Shown here piece by piece: positions 34,926 to 49,198 of a DNA stretch of 64,000 bases. This stretch comes from Takakia lepidozioides. Lineage: Eukaryota; Plantae; Bryophyta. The position numbers were made by a program, and so were the translations under genes. The number at the start of each line of letters is the position of its first letter. Positions within the stretch are counted from its first letter, which is position 1. The DNA lies in assembly GCA_030704615.1 (NCBI GenBank), contig CM060734.1, positions 20,026,001 through 20,090,000 of the forward strand, given 5' to 3'. A model generated the notes under the pieces. The model made no database searches and was not told where the DNA came from. It was given only the letters and a program-made list of their open reading frames with translations.

Positions 34926-37900
34926 CGCGGAGGGTAGAGCTTCGACGGGAAGCAAAGAAAGACGATAAGGACTTGCAGGAGCAGTGAAAGCGCAGTGCCT
35001 CAGAAGGTCAGTCAGTCTACACAAGAATTAAACACCAGAATGAGGATAAGATAAATTTCATTGTCAAGGAGATGCAAATTGAGTTTCGGTATGCACCATT
35101 TCCTCTGAGGCAAACGCAATTCGTACTTACATAACGAATTTCATGAAGAGTGAGAGATCTCGCTGGAAGAGAGAATGGACTGCACACAATCCCAGGCCCG
35201 ATGATTGTCCTCCACACGCGTGAAAGAGCTTGGTGGGATGGTGGTCATTGAAAGAGGGGCAGGAGGAGGCCGAAGACAGGGCTGCATCTCGTGCTGCAGT
35301 AAAAAATGAAAGCCATGTTGGACGGGCTGGAATTGCAGGGACAGCAGCCAAATTGGTAAGATGACTTATATGTATATTGCATGGGTTGACGCAATTTGTA
35401 ATTTTGCCACTTCAATGTCTGCGTTCATCTAATGGGTATTGTTGTGGCTGTACACAGGGGAAAGAAAGCGAATGAAGCAAACTCAGGTTTGGGGCTTCAT
35501 GCTTGGAGCACATTTTATTTTTTCCTGATAGTGGCTTGGAGAATATGGAGGAGAGAGAATGAAACACGGAGCTAGCAGCTGTTTGAGGTATCTGGTGATG
35601 ATGGGCATTGGGGTGTAACTGCTGCAACCTGCCCCTGATGTCTAGTACATGTCTTTGGGTATTTAGTCAGTCACTAACTTGTAGCATCTCCACGTTAGGT
35701 CAATCATTTTGTGGACGCTGCTATATGCTTTGTGGAAAGGCTCAGACCTCTGCAGCAATTAACCATGAACTGAAGTAGGGGAAATTAATCTGTACGCTTT
35801 CTTTTGGTTCCTTAAAGATGGGTTTCCATTAAGTGTAGTAGCTGTTTGTGTCGTTTTGATATTTAGTTGTTGTGGCTGTTTGTAATGACTGACCGGGAGC
35901 TGAATAGGTAGACTATTGTTGTCGTGATTGAACACGAGCTGCATCTGAAGGGGGGGAACGTGTGGATTTAGTTTGGGTTCATCATGAATGGCGCATCACC
36001 CAGAGTAACATCTGTTCTTGTTCTCCTCGATGTTTGAGTGCTGGGAGGTTGGAAGTCATGGAAACAAGGGGTTAAGAGTTTATTTATGGGTCGTGGCAAG
36101 GCTGGTTATTTTACATACTCGAATGCAGTTGCATTCATTTGTACACATCTCTTCATTGGTGGCCATGGCTGCTGACCATCATTCGTGGCCGTTGCTGTAT
36201 AATTGTCAAAGATACAATGTCGACTTTGCTTGGCTTTTGGTGCCTCTTTGACATGTGGTCCCTGTTGTTGTATTGTGCAACCTGAGCCCTTGGGAACCTG
36301 TGGAAGTCTCTTCATGTGTTTTGTTTTTCCCTCTGTCTCTACCTCTCTATTTCTCTTGGGCAAACCACATGCAGGTTCTATTGCTGATGACGTTGGGATG
36401 TCTGTAGGGGTCCGGGAGTGCGCTGTCACAGCAGCTGGAGGGAATCACCAGTTGGAGAAGTGGAGTGGATTCACGGCTGAATGACATGTCAGCAGAGATA
36501 GTTGAGAGTCGACGAGAGGTTAAGGACATGATGGCATTGGTGCTCAAAGCAATGAGTGATGCTGCCATGGTTCTTAAAGCATCGCCTCCCTGTGGGCAAG
36601 AAGCTCCTACAGACACCGATAAATTACCTCCTGCCTCAACTATTGCTAGGAAGAGTCTAGGATCTGCATTTAAAGATGCAGAAGAGCGGGGGGGGGGGAT
36701 CACCTGCTAGGGGCCTTGCTGAGCCACCCAACGCAAAAGTAATTCCGCTCGAGTCCAAGGAATGTGGTTCAGAACGTGAAGTAGAGGTTGTACAGTTGGA
36801 GAGTAGCAAGGGGATGAAGGGAGGAGGCAAGGAAACGGGAGAAGCCCTTACAAAATGCTCTGGGGAAAGTGAAGTGGCACGCGCAACGCCTGGTGGGACA
36901 CATACAACGTCTGATGATCCCAGTAAATCCAAAGATTCTGGTTCACAATGTGAGGAAAAGGTCGCAGAGATGGACAACAACAAGAGGGTGAAGGGAGGAG
37001 CTAAGGAAAAGGTAAAAGAAGAGGCGGGGTCCCGGTGAAGTTGAAAGCAGGGCAGACTCTGAACCTTTCCTCATCTGCAACTGCTTTGGAAGGTCATGTT
37101 GCACAAGGGGAGAGTTGTCAGGGAAGAAAGGGTAAGGGGGGGGGGGGGGGGGGGGTAGGAAAACAGGTGGCAAAGCCCAGCAGCTGCCGTCTGATGGTGG
37201 TGAAGATGTCCCCACTCTAGAGGGCACCCACAGTATGGAGAACAAACATTCCTCACCTGGCAAAGTACACCATTCAGAACAAGAGGTAATATTTCTTCCT
37301 ATCCATCAATTTATTACCTCAACGCATTCCTCTCTTAATGTTGGCTTGAAACAACGGAAAGGTATGTTGGTTGCCTTTGCTGGAGCTCATGACAACTGAT
37401 GACATTAGCCTGGATGGTTGCAGCAGTGAGAGCCTTGGTGGCTACAAAGTGGGTTGATGTGAACGGTAGCATTTTGCGCTTTGTACCATGCTGTCTGACT
37501 CATGGGTACGTGTTTTTTTGGGGGCAGAGATCTGACTTACAATGCAAGGAACTGTGTGATGCACGGCCAACAACCAACCGGCCTGCAACTCGAGGACATG
37601 CCAGTGCTGCTTGGGCTGAGAGTGCCCCACCCGCAGCGGTAATTTGATCTCTCCTTGATGTTTGTAGTTTGCGAACATTGGTTTTATTGCAAGTACGTAT
37701 TGCGGAGACTAGACTTTTCGTTTCATGTGTTGGTTTGATTTGAAGTCTGAATTGTCGATATTGAACTGCTGGTGTGTTGGCATGCAGTTTAAGAGAGGAT
37801 ACAAGGTCTATTTGCGCAGCTTTAAGAAAGCAGGTCTGGTTGTTGGTTGGGGCAAGATTGTTGGGGTTTATGGCAAAGTGGGCTTGTTGCTAGATGGGTA

Positions 37901-38036
37901 CTATAGTGTTGAAGTTGAAAATGCTATTGAGCCAACGCACCTTATACCTTCTTGCAACACCGAGGCTTCTGATAGTGACATGGTAGGCACCACCGTTCTG
38001 TGGAACTACAAGTTCCTGAATTCATTCACGAAATGA
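34926..38036 (+). pseudogene. CACTA TnpA-like (Ptta/En/Spm and Tnp1-like domains), 5'-truncated and spliced
   Basis: RPDDCPPHA*KSLVGWWS...SHVGRAGIAG; C-terminal VYLRS...VVGWGKI...YSVEVENAI...VGTTVLW. Confidence 0.7.
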
Positions 38037-38734
38037 TTCCGATGGTCTCTTGACATGTCCACAATAGTGTTGGACCTAGCTGAAAAGCAAATTTTCCTTA
38101 CTCAATGACTTAACTTGGGCAGTGATCTATGGATATGGCAACATGGGCCGCCATGCTCGATGTGGCCAAAACTTGTTTTGCAAAATACTCTTGATATAAG
38201 CCAGTTTTGAGCCATCCAAATGTTCCGGGTTCCTGCCATGTATTTGTATTCTATGTTTTGTTGTATTTGCAAGATATTTTCAATGCAGTGCAGCGAATCA
38301 AAAAATTTAAATACAAAACCCACTAATTCACATATATATATACATATAAAATAAATAAATAAAATTAAAAAAAAAACAAAGTCCGCAAAAACAAAAACAA
38401 ACAAATATTAAACAAAAAGTCTCCCTAATTTCTATATATATATAATTTTAATATTTATGTATATGCCCCAGAGTGAAATATATTTATTAAAATATGTCCT
38501 ATTTTACTGCTTCACATTAAAATACTACATTATACATAGTCAAGCGAACTGTATCAGTGGAACATAATGACTGTGTGCCATGATTTTTAGTATACGGTTC
38601 GACTGTGAGATAGATATATACCATGCTACTCCACAGTACTTCACTTTACTATATACCGTAGCCTTCCACGCAAAATAGTAATAATTTCAGTAGTTTGAGT
38701 AGATTACAATCACTTAAAGTCAAACATGTCATCC

Positions 38735-39184
38735 CGTACTTTACTACACGTCATACTTCAATTAAACCACTTTACTTGATGTCCTCACACTGAGGTTAAG
38801 CCACTTTATTACACGTCATACGTCCACGTCATACTTCAATTAAACTACGTTACTACACGTCATTCATCCACGTCATACGACTGTAGAACCACTTCACTAC
38901 ACGTCATGCATCCACCTTATAATTCAGTTAAACCACTTTACTACACGTCATAGCCACATCGCATCCACGTCACATCCACGTCATACTGTACTGCCTACAC
39001 GTCGCCCCTAGGTTTTACTGTCACATTTCACTGTCAGAACCTGACATCTGGATTCGACTGCTTGACTAAAACGACTTGACCTTTGTCATGCATGTTCGAC
39101 TATGGAGGCTGGGAGTAAAAATGTTGCAAACGACTCAAAAATGAGTCAAATACAGAGTCGAAAAGCCCAGCTTGTATTGTAGTG
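38735..39184. repeat. CACTA right subterminal repeats and TIR
   Basis: Repeated actacacgtcat and ttcgact/ttgact motifs leading to ...tgtattgtagtg. Confidence 0.8.
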
Positions 39185-39250
39185 AAAATACCCCTTCCTG
39201 TGCACACACGTGGCTGGTACATATATATTGGCTGGAGTGCACTCCCCAGG

Positions 39251-39503
39251 TGTGTAGATTACCGTGGGCTCAACAAAATTAGCATCAAGAATCCGTTACC
39301 AACTTACTGCTGAGTTCCAAACTTCTCGAACAACTTAGACGATCAAATATTTTCAGAAAGATCAATTTGAGAGAAGCTTACAACCTTCTATAGATAAAGA
39401 ATAAGACAAATGAAGAATAACCTTTCGTACAAGATATGGACATTTTGAATACAACGTCATGCCCTTCGGTCTTGAAAATATCCCAGCAACTTTCCAACAC
39501 ATT
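39251..39503 (+). mobile_element. Ty3/gypsy reverse transcriptase fragment
   Basis: CVDYRGLNKI...[18 protein letters not shown]...PATFQ, degenerate. Confidence 0.85.
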
Positions 39504-40259
39504 TCGGGAATATTTAGATTCTAGTTGCATATATGGACGCGACGTGGCGTATTATGAAGTCATGTCCAGAATGTTGGGAAATATTATTATTTTTAAATAT
39601 CCTGATAACCGGGCTAATACCATACTGTTGATACTAATGATTCTATATCTGTCAAACAGTGGTCCAAACATGTATTGCGAAACGATTCTATCCAAATTTC
39701 AGGGGATGAACATAAAATATGGTTATTTCCTGCAAAACTCAGCAGCCAATTCTGTTATTTTCCAAATTTCAAAAGAAATCACTGGTCTTGCCTCCCTGCT
39801 AGAAAGAAAACGCATAAAAATTTGTGAGTCTCCTCTCCCTTCTAAATAGATAAAAATTTCTGTGAGTCTTGGCTCTTTACTAGGAAGAAAAGGGTTTCAA
39901 GAGGACAAAGGATTAATTAAAAATAAAAGATAACCGCCAATTCCTAGTGGTTCACAAGTGATCAAGGGATATCGCATGCCAGCGTGTGTGTACCTTTTGC
40001 GTCCTTATTACCGTCCTTGTACTTCTCTCTATCATATATATATATATACATCGGAACTGAATGGACTCATATCTGAGTTGTACTTGAAGGATAATAACCG
40101 TTCTATATTTTTTCTGTTGTGTTTTTGTCATTAGTTAATTTTTATCTTAGATAACGAGGTGGAACCCCCGGGTGGACCCTGGACTGCACACGTGGAATTT
40201 ATTTATTTTACTATAATATTTTATTGATTCAAATTATATTAATTCAATTGACAATTTAG

Positions 40260-42050
40260 CTATGATCGCATAATTCTGGGCCATCGCAGTTACGATTTTT
40301 TTTTTTAACATGCGACCGCCAAATAATGGCGATTGCATGTATTATCTGATCTTTTAATTACATGCGACCGCCACATATGTGGCGGTCATTTGAATTTTAT
40401 GTTTGTGTTAATTAACCACGACTAGGGTAGCCTGTGCCGTTGGCCCAAGTGTCCAGTGTCATCTAAGTCCAAGTGCAATCCCATATGTATCTAGAGACCC
40501 TCCTGTTTGGGAGATCTAGGCCTAGGGTAGCCTGCGCCATTGGCCCATGTGTTTAGAATTGAAATCTAAGCCCAAGTGTAATTTCTTATGGATCCAAGTG
40601 GGTCTTCTATGTCGAGGCCCAAGTGCAACCTCTAGTGTAGCCTATGCCATTGGCCCATGTGTGAAGAATTGAAATCTAATCCCAAGTGCAATCTTCTATT
40701 CATGTATCCAAGTGCATATCCCATGTATCCAAGTGGGTCTCTTATGTCGAGGCCCAAATGCGACCTCTAGGGTAGCCTGTGCCGTTGGCCCAAGTGTCCA
40801 GTGTCATCTTAAGTCCAAGTGCAATCCCCTATGTATCAAAGTGCGTCTCCTATGTCGAGGCCCAAATGCAACCTCTAGGGTAGCCTTTGCCGTTGGCCCA
40901 AGTGTCCAATGTCATCTAAGTAAGTTTTTTTCGACAGAGCCTACGACCAGATTTGGACCGGAGACCTTTCCCTTGATATCTCTCCCCTCGAGGCTCCAAC
41001 CATTGTCCCACTTTGCCATTTTTGCTATTTTTTGCGAATTTCCAGCGACCAAAAATACTTGGAATTCCGTATCTCCCACACCGCAGGTCCAAAACTCATG
41101 AGGCCAAGGCGGTGCACCCCCCTCGTTGAGGAATTTCCTATGTCGAGGCCCAAATGCAACGAGGCTCCCACCATTGTCCCATGAATGCCCACTTTACCAT
41201 TTTTGCTATTTTTTGTGAATTTCCAGCGACCAAAAGTACTTGGAATTCCACATCTCCCACACCGCAGGTCCAAAAGTCATGAGACCAAGCCCGTGCACCC
41301 GTCCACCTCGAGGGCTTTCCAACGGTACCAAGCACCAGGGCTGGGGCCTCGCGGTTCGGGACATCTCAACGCTACAAAACAAAACAAAACAAAACAAACA
41401 AACAAACTGGCTTCCTTCATATATTGATAGCCAACAGTCCCATCTATTTTTCTTTAAATAAACTACATGCGACCATCAGATATTGGCCGCATGTATTTTT
41501 AACTAGGTACGACTGCCAAAATTTGGAATCGCAGCTATTAAGTTTTTTCTAGATAACATGCAACCACCAAATATTGACAATTGTTTGAATTTAATTTATT
41601 TTTTAACTAGCTCTGATCACCAAAATGTGGCGGTTGCAGCTATTAATTTTTTTTTAACTATATGTAATTGCGAAATTATGGTGGTCGCTTCAATTTTATT
41701 TATATTTCATTAGCTACAACTGCTGAAATTTGGTAGTGGCAGTTATTAAGTTTTGTTTTATTACATGTGACCGCCAAATACTACTGGTTACTTAAATATC
41801 ATGTATTTTTAATTAGCTACGACTGCCAAAATTTGGCATTCGCTTACATTTTCAGTATTTTCTAATTAGCTGCGACGGCCGGAACTCTAGTGGACGTACC
41901 AAATTAAAAGATAAAAATTACATGCCGCGGCTAGAATTGGCAATCGCTGAATTTTTGAAAAAAAGAATTACATGCAATCGCCAAAACTCTAGTAGTCGCA
42001 TGTTTTTTTATTTTTAATTTTTGTAAATTTGCTTTGACTGCCACAAAATG
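40260..42050. repeat. Composite repeat: hairpin-like gcgaccgccaaa units flanking a ggcccaagtg/tatgtcgaggcccaa tandem array and a ~185-bp duplication
   Basis: Hairpin units at 40305-40390 and 41465-42005; array at 40420-40920; 40990-41130 duplicated at 41163-41310. Confidence 0.75.
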
Positions 42051-43526
42051 TACCCCAGTCACTGGAAAAATCAAATCGACTAAAGGGGAGATGACATTAA
42101 GGGTTTTGTTGCATGGGCCCCACATGGTTAATGGATGCGGGACTATATGGAGTACACGCTCAAGCGAAAATTCTAGAATATTATGCCCAAGCGAACATTC
42201 TAGAATAGTGCACATTCTAGTGGGAGCGCCTGAGGACTATACCAGCGTACCACAGCCAGCAAGGTACAACATGTAAATAGTGTAGTGAGGTACGAAGGGT
42301 GCAGAGTAACACATAGGAGCTACGAAGGGTCAGCAGCGAGGAATGGAGAAGTACGACACCACCATGAGCGCAGTTGCAATGGAAGCGTGTGGAAAAAGAG
42401 GGAAAGGCCGACCTAAAGAAAATTACGACGTCGAAGGACACAGTTGCATCAAAACCCTTTTACACTTTTAGTGAGAAAGTGTATAGCATACTAGAAAACA
42501 CAATGTTGATGCACGAGGGAGAGAGGAGAGAGGAGAAAAAGAGTGTATCGATGGGATGTGCAGTTGGTAGAAACTAAGGAACAACTCCTATCCATAAAGA
42601 AAGAAAAAAAAAGAGAAATTCGACGATGAAGCGTGCAAGCGAGCCGGAAAGCGACCAAGTGTGGGGAACTATTTCGGCTACCTACAACCAAAGGGAATTT
42701 CCAAGCTTCATTACAAGCGCTGCAATTCCATTGCTTGCTTTTCACAATCGTCAAGAAGTTGGATAAAGATCAAGGAGCACGCACTCTTGTTAGTTGCATC
42801 TTCTTGTCTTGGCGATCGTTTCAGGCGAATGTACATGCTTTATATCATCGAAGGAGTACTTGTCGATTTAACTATGTTAACTGTAGACTAAGGTGGCCAC
42901 TCTTGGCTTGATTACGCATGAGATCCTTGTGGGCAGGGGAGGTTGGAATAGTTGTATTTATAAACTTAGACCACATTTGGTAGCGATGGTATCACGAAGC
43001 TGCCAACTCATATGTTTTTTTGGAGGCTCAATCTTCAAGTAAGCGAGCGGTCTTTACAAACCCAGAAGGCAAAATCGTCGGTAGACTGCAGAGATCCAAT
43101 ACTGTGCCATTATTGAGATACAGCTACAGACACGAAGGGTCTCTCTGTTAAGGTCTCATGAGGTACTATTCACTAGAGTTTGGTAAGAGTACTTTCTGTA
43201 CCATAAGCTACCAATACACGCTTCCGCTGTATGACTCTGAGCCCTCAAGCTGACTAGTCTCCGCAGATCATGAAACCTATACCATGTTAAGAAAACAGGG
43301 GCTCATGGAGTGCATCTATGTTGAAATTATATCCTATAATTCACGAGCTCAAGACAACATATCAGGATTGTCGACGTTACAGCGCAGTCTCTATCTTCAG
43401 TTTGACCGCCGGATCGGTAATTTGTCCTTAATACCGACATTGTAGCTTCATTACACAGTACTCCTATCTTCTAGTGTAACAGCATGACGAGTTTTGGGCA
43501 CAGATTGGGTTGTCTCCTTCAGTGAT

Positions 43527-45436
43527 TTACATGACGATTTCAGGCTTCAGGATGCTGGATTTAATCTCCTTGTGGGGGAGAACCACGCCTCCATTGCTGA
43601 ATATTTCATCACAAACATGGACATCTTCTCCCAGCACTGTCATGTTCTCCACCCTGGCCCATTGTCCAACAGTCGAATGCCATCCAATGATACTCCCTGC
43701 GATGCAAGCATGCTTCTTGACTCTCACCCCGCGCATGATTGTGCAGCGGGAGAGCCGAACCCCAGGTTCAATCACACACCCTTGGCCGATTGAAACATCT
43801 GGCCCAATCAAACACCCCTCCCCAACCTGGGCACTTTCATCCACCATTACATTTCCCATGTACGATGACCCAGATGCTAACAGTCCTGGGGAAGACTTTC
43901 TAAGGTATTCCAGGTAGAGACGAAGGCCTGTAATGTAGTCCCGAGGCTGGCCTATGTCCATCCAGAAGCCTGGTAGCACCATGGCAAAAAGCTTCTTCTC
44001 AGCAGCAATACTGGGGAAAACCTCTTTCTCCATTGAGGTTGGACGGAGCTGGATTCTATCCAGCGTCTGCGCACTCAAAAGATAGATGCCCGCGTTGATC
44101 TTGTTCCCCACAAATTTCTGCGGTTTCTCAACAAAGCGCTGTACCATGTTTGTCTCTTCTTCCATCACCACCACTCCATACTTCGAGGGCTCGTCCACCT
44201 GAGTACAGAGAACAAGATTCAAGGCTTTGTTTCAACCCATCTGTCCAACATTCAATGAACATCCCGGTAAAAAGAAAAATACCTCAACTTTTGCAGGCTG
44301 TTTGATAGCCATTGTCTACATTCAGCAGCAAATGATGGACTTTGTGTGCTTTGATAGGGGGAAAGTTTCCAGCGCCAAAGGAGCTACAGACAGATCAGAG
44401 ACAGATTTTCCTCTGAGACAGATCAGATTGAGGCCCTGTGGACCGATATGGCTGGCAAAGAATCATGAACGAAAATTGGAATTGGAGAAATACCTTGGTG
44501 ACCACAATGGTAGCTTCGCCTCCATGCTTTTTGTGGAATTCGATCATCTGCTTCAAGGGGTACTCGCTGATGACGTCGCTGTTCAGCACAAAGAAGGGCT
44601 CACCGGATCCATCATCCAACTTCTCTCTGGCCAAGGCCAAAGGACCTGCAGTGCCCATGGGCTCTGTCTCCTGCGAGCATGTAATCTTGATGCCCAACTT
44701 CTTTTCGAAGTCCCTCAAAAAATTCATCATCACCTGTCCCCATCAGTACAATCAGTACAACCACGATGCCGTTGCATGGTACATGGATTTGAATTTTTTA
44801 ATTATGTACAAATTATCACTTAGAAGAGTCTCCAATCTGTTGACAGGTACAGCATTTTAAAAGCTGGATCAAGTTTTGTTTGACTGAGTCTGTCAAATAT
44901 ATGCCATCCCTCGTTCCCGCAAAGTCTAACAGTGCCCTTCCTCTGTGTCTCTTCGAAAAACTGATAGTTTGTAATTTTATCCCTACCTCAGGCTGGTAAT
45001 TGATGGCCAGAACAACTTCAACCACTCCAGCTGCCTTCAATGCTTCAATCTGCACATGCATGTGCACAACTTTGTAAGATCGGAACTCTCCACTCAATTG
45101 ATGTCGGAGACTTACTCTCTCCCACTACCCTTATTAGAGGCCGAACTGTATATTGAAAACCTTTGTCAAACAGCAACACTGGTCACCACTAAACCGTGTT
45201 CGAACTATATGAGCCAGAAGCCCTCGGAGAATTGCATTGAGAGACAGGAATGTATCAATGGCGAAAGCAAGTTTGTAGCAACAGTTTCCTGTCCAAAATC
45301 ACGAAACCTCAAAACGGTCACGCACCTGGTGGAGAATCATAGGCTTGTTGGCAAAGTCTACAAGCGGCTTGGGCACGCTCAGAGTGAGTGGGCGCAGCCT
45401 GGTGCCGAATCCCCCAACCAGAATCAAAGCCTTCAT
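43527..45436 (-). CDS. VTC1: GDP-mannose pyrophosphorylase (mannose-1-phosphate guanylyltransferase), 361 aa; exons 45436-45326, 45049-44987, 44733-44494, 44198-43527
   Basis: [37 protein letters not shown]; [12 protein letters not shown]; [12 protein letters not shown]; ends KPEIVM*; all GT-AG introns in frame. Confidence 0.97.
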
Positions 45437-47359
45437 TTTTTAGCTAGCTGGCTGCAGATAGCTAGCTACGAGAACCAGTGCATGAGAGACACGAAACGAA
45501 TGACGATACGTCGAGACCAATTTGGGAAGAATGCAGGGACGAGTGCGAACAAGGAAACAGAGGCTTTTCAGCGCTCAGATATCGGACCTCGGAGATACAC
45601 TAGCCTAGCCTTCTTGACCCAGAGAGAGAGAGGAGGGATGGTTTATGTGCAAATGACTGAATGAGCCCCATTGCTGATAAGTAGGGCGCAATAATCACGA
45701 CCTCAACGACCCATTCAGTTCAGACAGCTAAGAAGATCTGTCCAACCCAGGGACATCAGTGTGTCAATTATTGGGGTTGGCAGAGAGGGAGAGACAAATG
45801 CTGTGGAGGACCCCAGACAAGTCCGAAGAGTGTCGGAAACCGACTTTTTCCTTTAACGGACACCCTTCGCCTACGATCCACCGTTACCAAAACTGACGCC
45901 AGTACCACGATTTGTCAAAATATAGTCACGCGTTTTGAGCCCAAAATAATTGAGGCCAGACGGAGCGACCGCATCATTATTGCATCTTTCCACGGAAAGA
46001 TTGAGGGGAATCAACCATGGAAATGCTCCTGCATCCCGCATGTGGAGCTTACTAGATGCCCTGAAGAACAGACTACTGATGATTTCCCTTCCTATAAAAG
46101 CTTCAAATCAACTGATTTGATCTGTTCGACTTTGGTGTGTATAAGTAAGTCTGTTGCGATATCGCTGTAGTCGGTTACTGAACCTACTCCGGAGAAGAGA
46201 GAGTACAACTTCACTGCGGAGGTGGGCCTCCAAACTTTGCATGTTGTATATAAGAGTTCATGTCAGTGGGTTGCTCGCTCGAACGTGGACTGGCACCTGA
46301 ATCATACTTTTTCTTATTATATTTTATCATTGATTCATTAACAAACCTGCGAGGAAAAGGCCCAACAATATGTTATTCAAGTGAGGATGGAAAGACGCCA
46401 TAGTGAAGAACCATAGATGGTTACGTCAGTGCTGTTGGCGATCCAACCTGCCTCACTATGATGCGGGAATTAACCTTGTAGTTGGGAAGGAATGATGATC
46501 ATGATGTAGCTCTTGAGGTTTGTCCGTGACAAGATCTACGGAACAACGTGAAGCCATGAAAGCTTCAATCATGTGAAGCTCTTCAGGTCCACAATACACC
46601 ATATCACACCCCATGCTCTCGGAACGCACTCAAATAAATGCGGGGAAAATATTCCATCATGAGTGATGTAAAGTGCTCTCTATGCAATTATACAAGCTGA
46701 CTGTCGTTGGGGGGCGTGTGACCCACAATTGCTTTTAAAATTATTGTGACATGTATCAATGTATCAATCAGGCCTGGCCTGTCAGGAGCAGTGTGGGCCT
46801 CAACAGCCCAATATTTCCCAGCGAACTGGTAGACAGGAAATATCATTGTTTAGGCCTTTCCCAGTGGAGTGGACCTGTGGGGAATGTTCGGCTGCATGTT
46901 AGCAGGGTGCTGAACTCTCCAATGAAAGATAGGGAGATCTGCAGTAGCCTGAATGCAGGCAATGTGCTCTTAAATTGTGCAGTCTGCGTATATTTCCAGG
47001 GCAGAAATCATCAAGCATTGTCATGATGTGTTTGATGAACCATATATACAATTCTGAAAGCTTGTCCAAATTTTACTTTTTATTCTTTTTGTGGTGGGGG
47101 GGGCTTTTTTTCTTACAGACGCCCTGGACATCCTATTGAAAAACAATTTGCCATAGACCATAAGGGTTACATCACAACAAAATACTTTGTATTTTTAATT
47201 ATATGGGATATACATATTATACATGCCTACTATAATTTTTAAATTGGTATCTCACTATTTCAAAAAGCTAGATTCATTTTATGCAAGACACCTAAATAAA
47301 GGTATATTTATTCTGGTCAATTTTTCATTTGCTTAGAAAGGGAAACCCCCAAAGCGACC

Positions 47360-47605
47360 GCTCACAAAACAGGCCCCTCACCTAATTATAGTGAGAGGAG
47401 GAAATTTGTTCCAAATCAACTCACAAATTAGCCCTGAAATCTCTTATAAAGTGACCTCGCCATGTGGCACCAAACTTCACAAGGGAACCCTGCCCAAGGG
47501 AAGCGGGGACGTCATACCAGATCATGCCACACCCAACCAGGTAGTAGGATTTGAACCCAAAATCACCTGGATGGTACTTAATCCTCAATCCAAGTGAGCT
47601 ACCAA
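47360..47605 (-). mobile_element. tRNA-derived SINE-like remnant
   Basis: Minus-strand box A-like tagctcacttgg and box B-like gggttcaaatcct about 35 bp apart; no complete cloverleaf. Confidence 0.45.
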
Positions 47606-49198
47606 GTGGAAGTGTCAACAACTTGAAATTGAAAAATATTCAATGTCAAGGCAAATGAAACGCCAAGCATTAGGTGGGCCCTGGAGTTGAATGCGAGGGA
47701 GCCAGTTCAGCCGGCGTGGAACCCCGCCACCCCATGCCCACCCCCGCCTCCGTCGCCCGCACACCGCGCGCGGCTTTTCCCGCGCCTCATGTGCCCGCTG
47801 CGGGGACATGAGATTGTCCTCACCCGCATCCCCATCCCGCCTCCCATCCTGGGCATGCCATCGTCGTCCATCCCCCATGCATGCCTTCACACTCCCCATG
47901 CATGCCATTGCATCCATATGACCCCATGCATCTAAAATGACTAGGGTAGGTGGAGAATACACGTACTAGCTTTCGCTTTCGTTTCTATTGTTGGCGTACC
48001 GCGTCCCGTCATGCGTCAATTGGGTGGACAACATTGGGCAATCGTTACGATGCAGGATGTATTCGCCGTGTTCGAAGGTTGCAACGCTTGCGCAACAAAC
48101 GGATCTTGCATGCAGGTTCTTATTATCGCTCCAGAACGATCAACAGTACCATTGCGCTTCTTTGGATTTTCATTGTTCTCTTCGTCCAGTTTATACCTTG
48201 CGGGTGAGTGATTTCTGCAATGAACATCCGAAACCCTCACATCTCTACCATGTTCATTTCTTTGTTGGTTCTTTACAAATGCATGCATAGATTCACCTGC
48301 TGGATCGTAAATGAAACATGGTTTTGTTCGGTCGACAACTAGGGATACTAAAAATGACGGAACGGGGCATGGGTTTAGGGAAACTACTGCGTATGAACAA
48401 CAACTCTCTTGCCCTAAATGCACCATACCCATACTCAACAATCATTTTATCAGTACACTAGTTAGCAAAGTGGACAAGTGGGCCTGTTTGCTAGTCCTCA
48501 AACCACTTCATGCAAGCATTCATATGGAGGTGAGGTGAACACATTGTTTCATATGGAGCTGAGGTGAGGAGTTCGTTCCTTTGCTGATTCTTTGCTGATC
48601 CTTGGAAGCCTGGTAAGGCATAAACCTACCTATTTTGCAATTTGTGATGTTGTATTCCGAAAGAATTCAAGGTGACGGCATCACTTTCCATAATTCACTG
48701 TCTCCCTCTACAGACGCGCACATACCAGCTATCGCATTCTTTGCTTCTTTCCGCATTTTGCTGTATTTTCACTCTCCATCTCCATATATGGCTGTCATAT
48801 GAACTGCAGTCCATTCGTGGTGTTTTGGGGTTTAGGGTTTACTATTAATGACATGCATATCATTGTCTAAGGTATATTGGCTGGGTTCATGGGCCATGGA
48901 TGCAATTGGCCTTTGCATGATTTATACCTTACTTAGGATTTCCAGTGGGCATTGGCTGTGTAGGTTTGCACGGTGCTGCAAGTGTTGGGAGACGCAGCAA
49001 TCATGATGAAGGAGAGCAAAATGATAGAGAACCGAAGGGAATACCGCGAGACATATGAAACTGATGAATACGAGGACTTCATATGCGAGGCCTACTCCAA
49101 GGCGAGGGTGCATGAACCTGGTGCATCTAACAGACGACAATACTGATGCATATATTGTCATCTGCTTTTTGGGGATAAAAAAAACTGAACTTGCACAG

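Larger units (their letters stand above)
1291..39184. mobile_element. CACTA (En/Spm) element interval with nested insertions and captured gene fragments
   Basis: Left end CACTACAACAC at 1291; right end reverse complement CACTACAATAC ending at 39184; AAA on both flanks (1288-1290, 39185-39187); both ends have TTCGAC/TTGAC subterminal repeats; TnpD and TnpA remnants inside. Confidence 0.65.

Noticed and set aside
47540-47605. tRNA gene
   Set aside because: Box A/B only, no cloverleaf; treated as SINE-like. The same applies to the box B-like motif at ~5460
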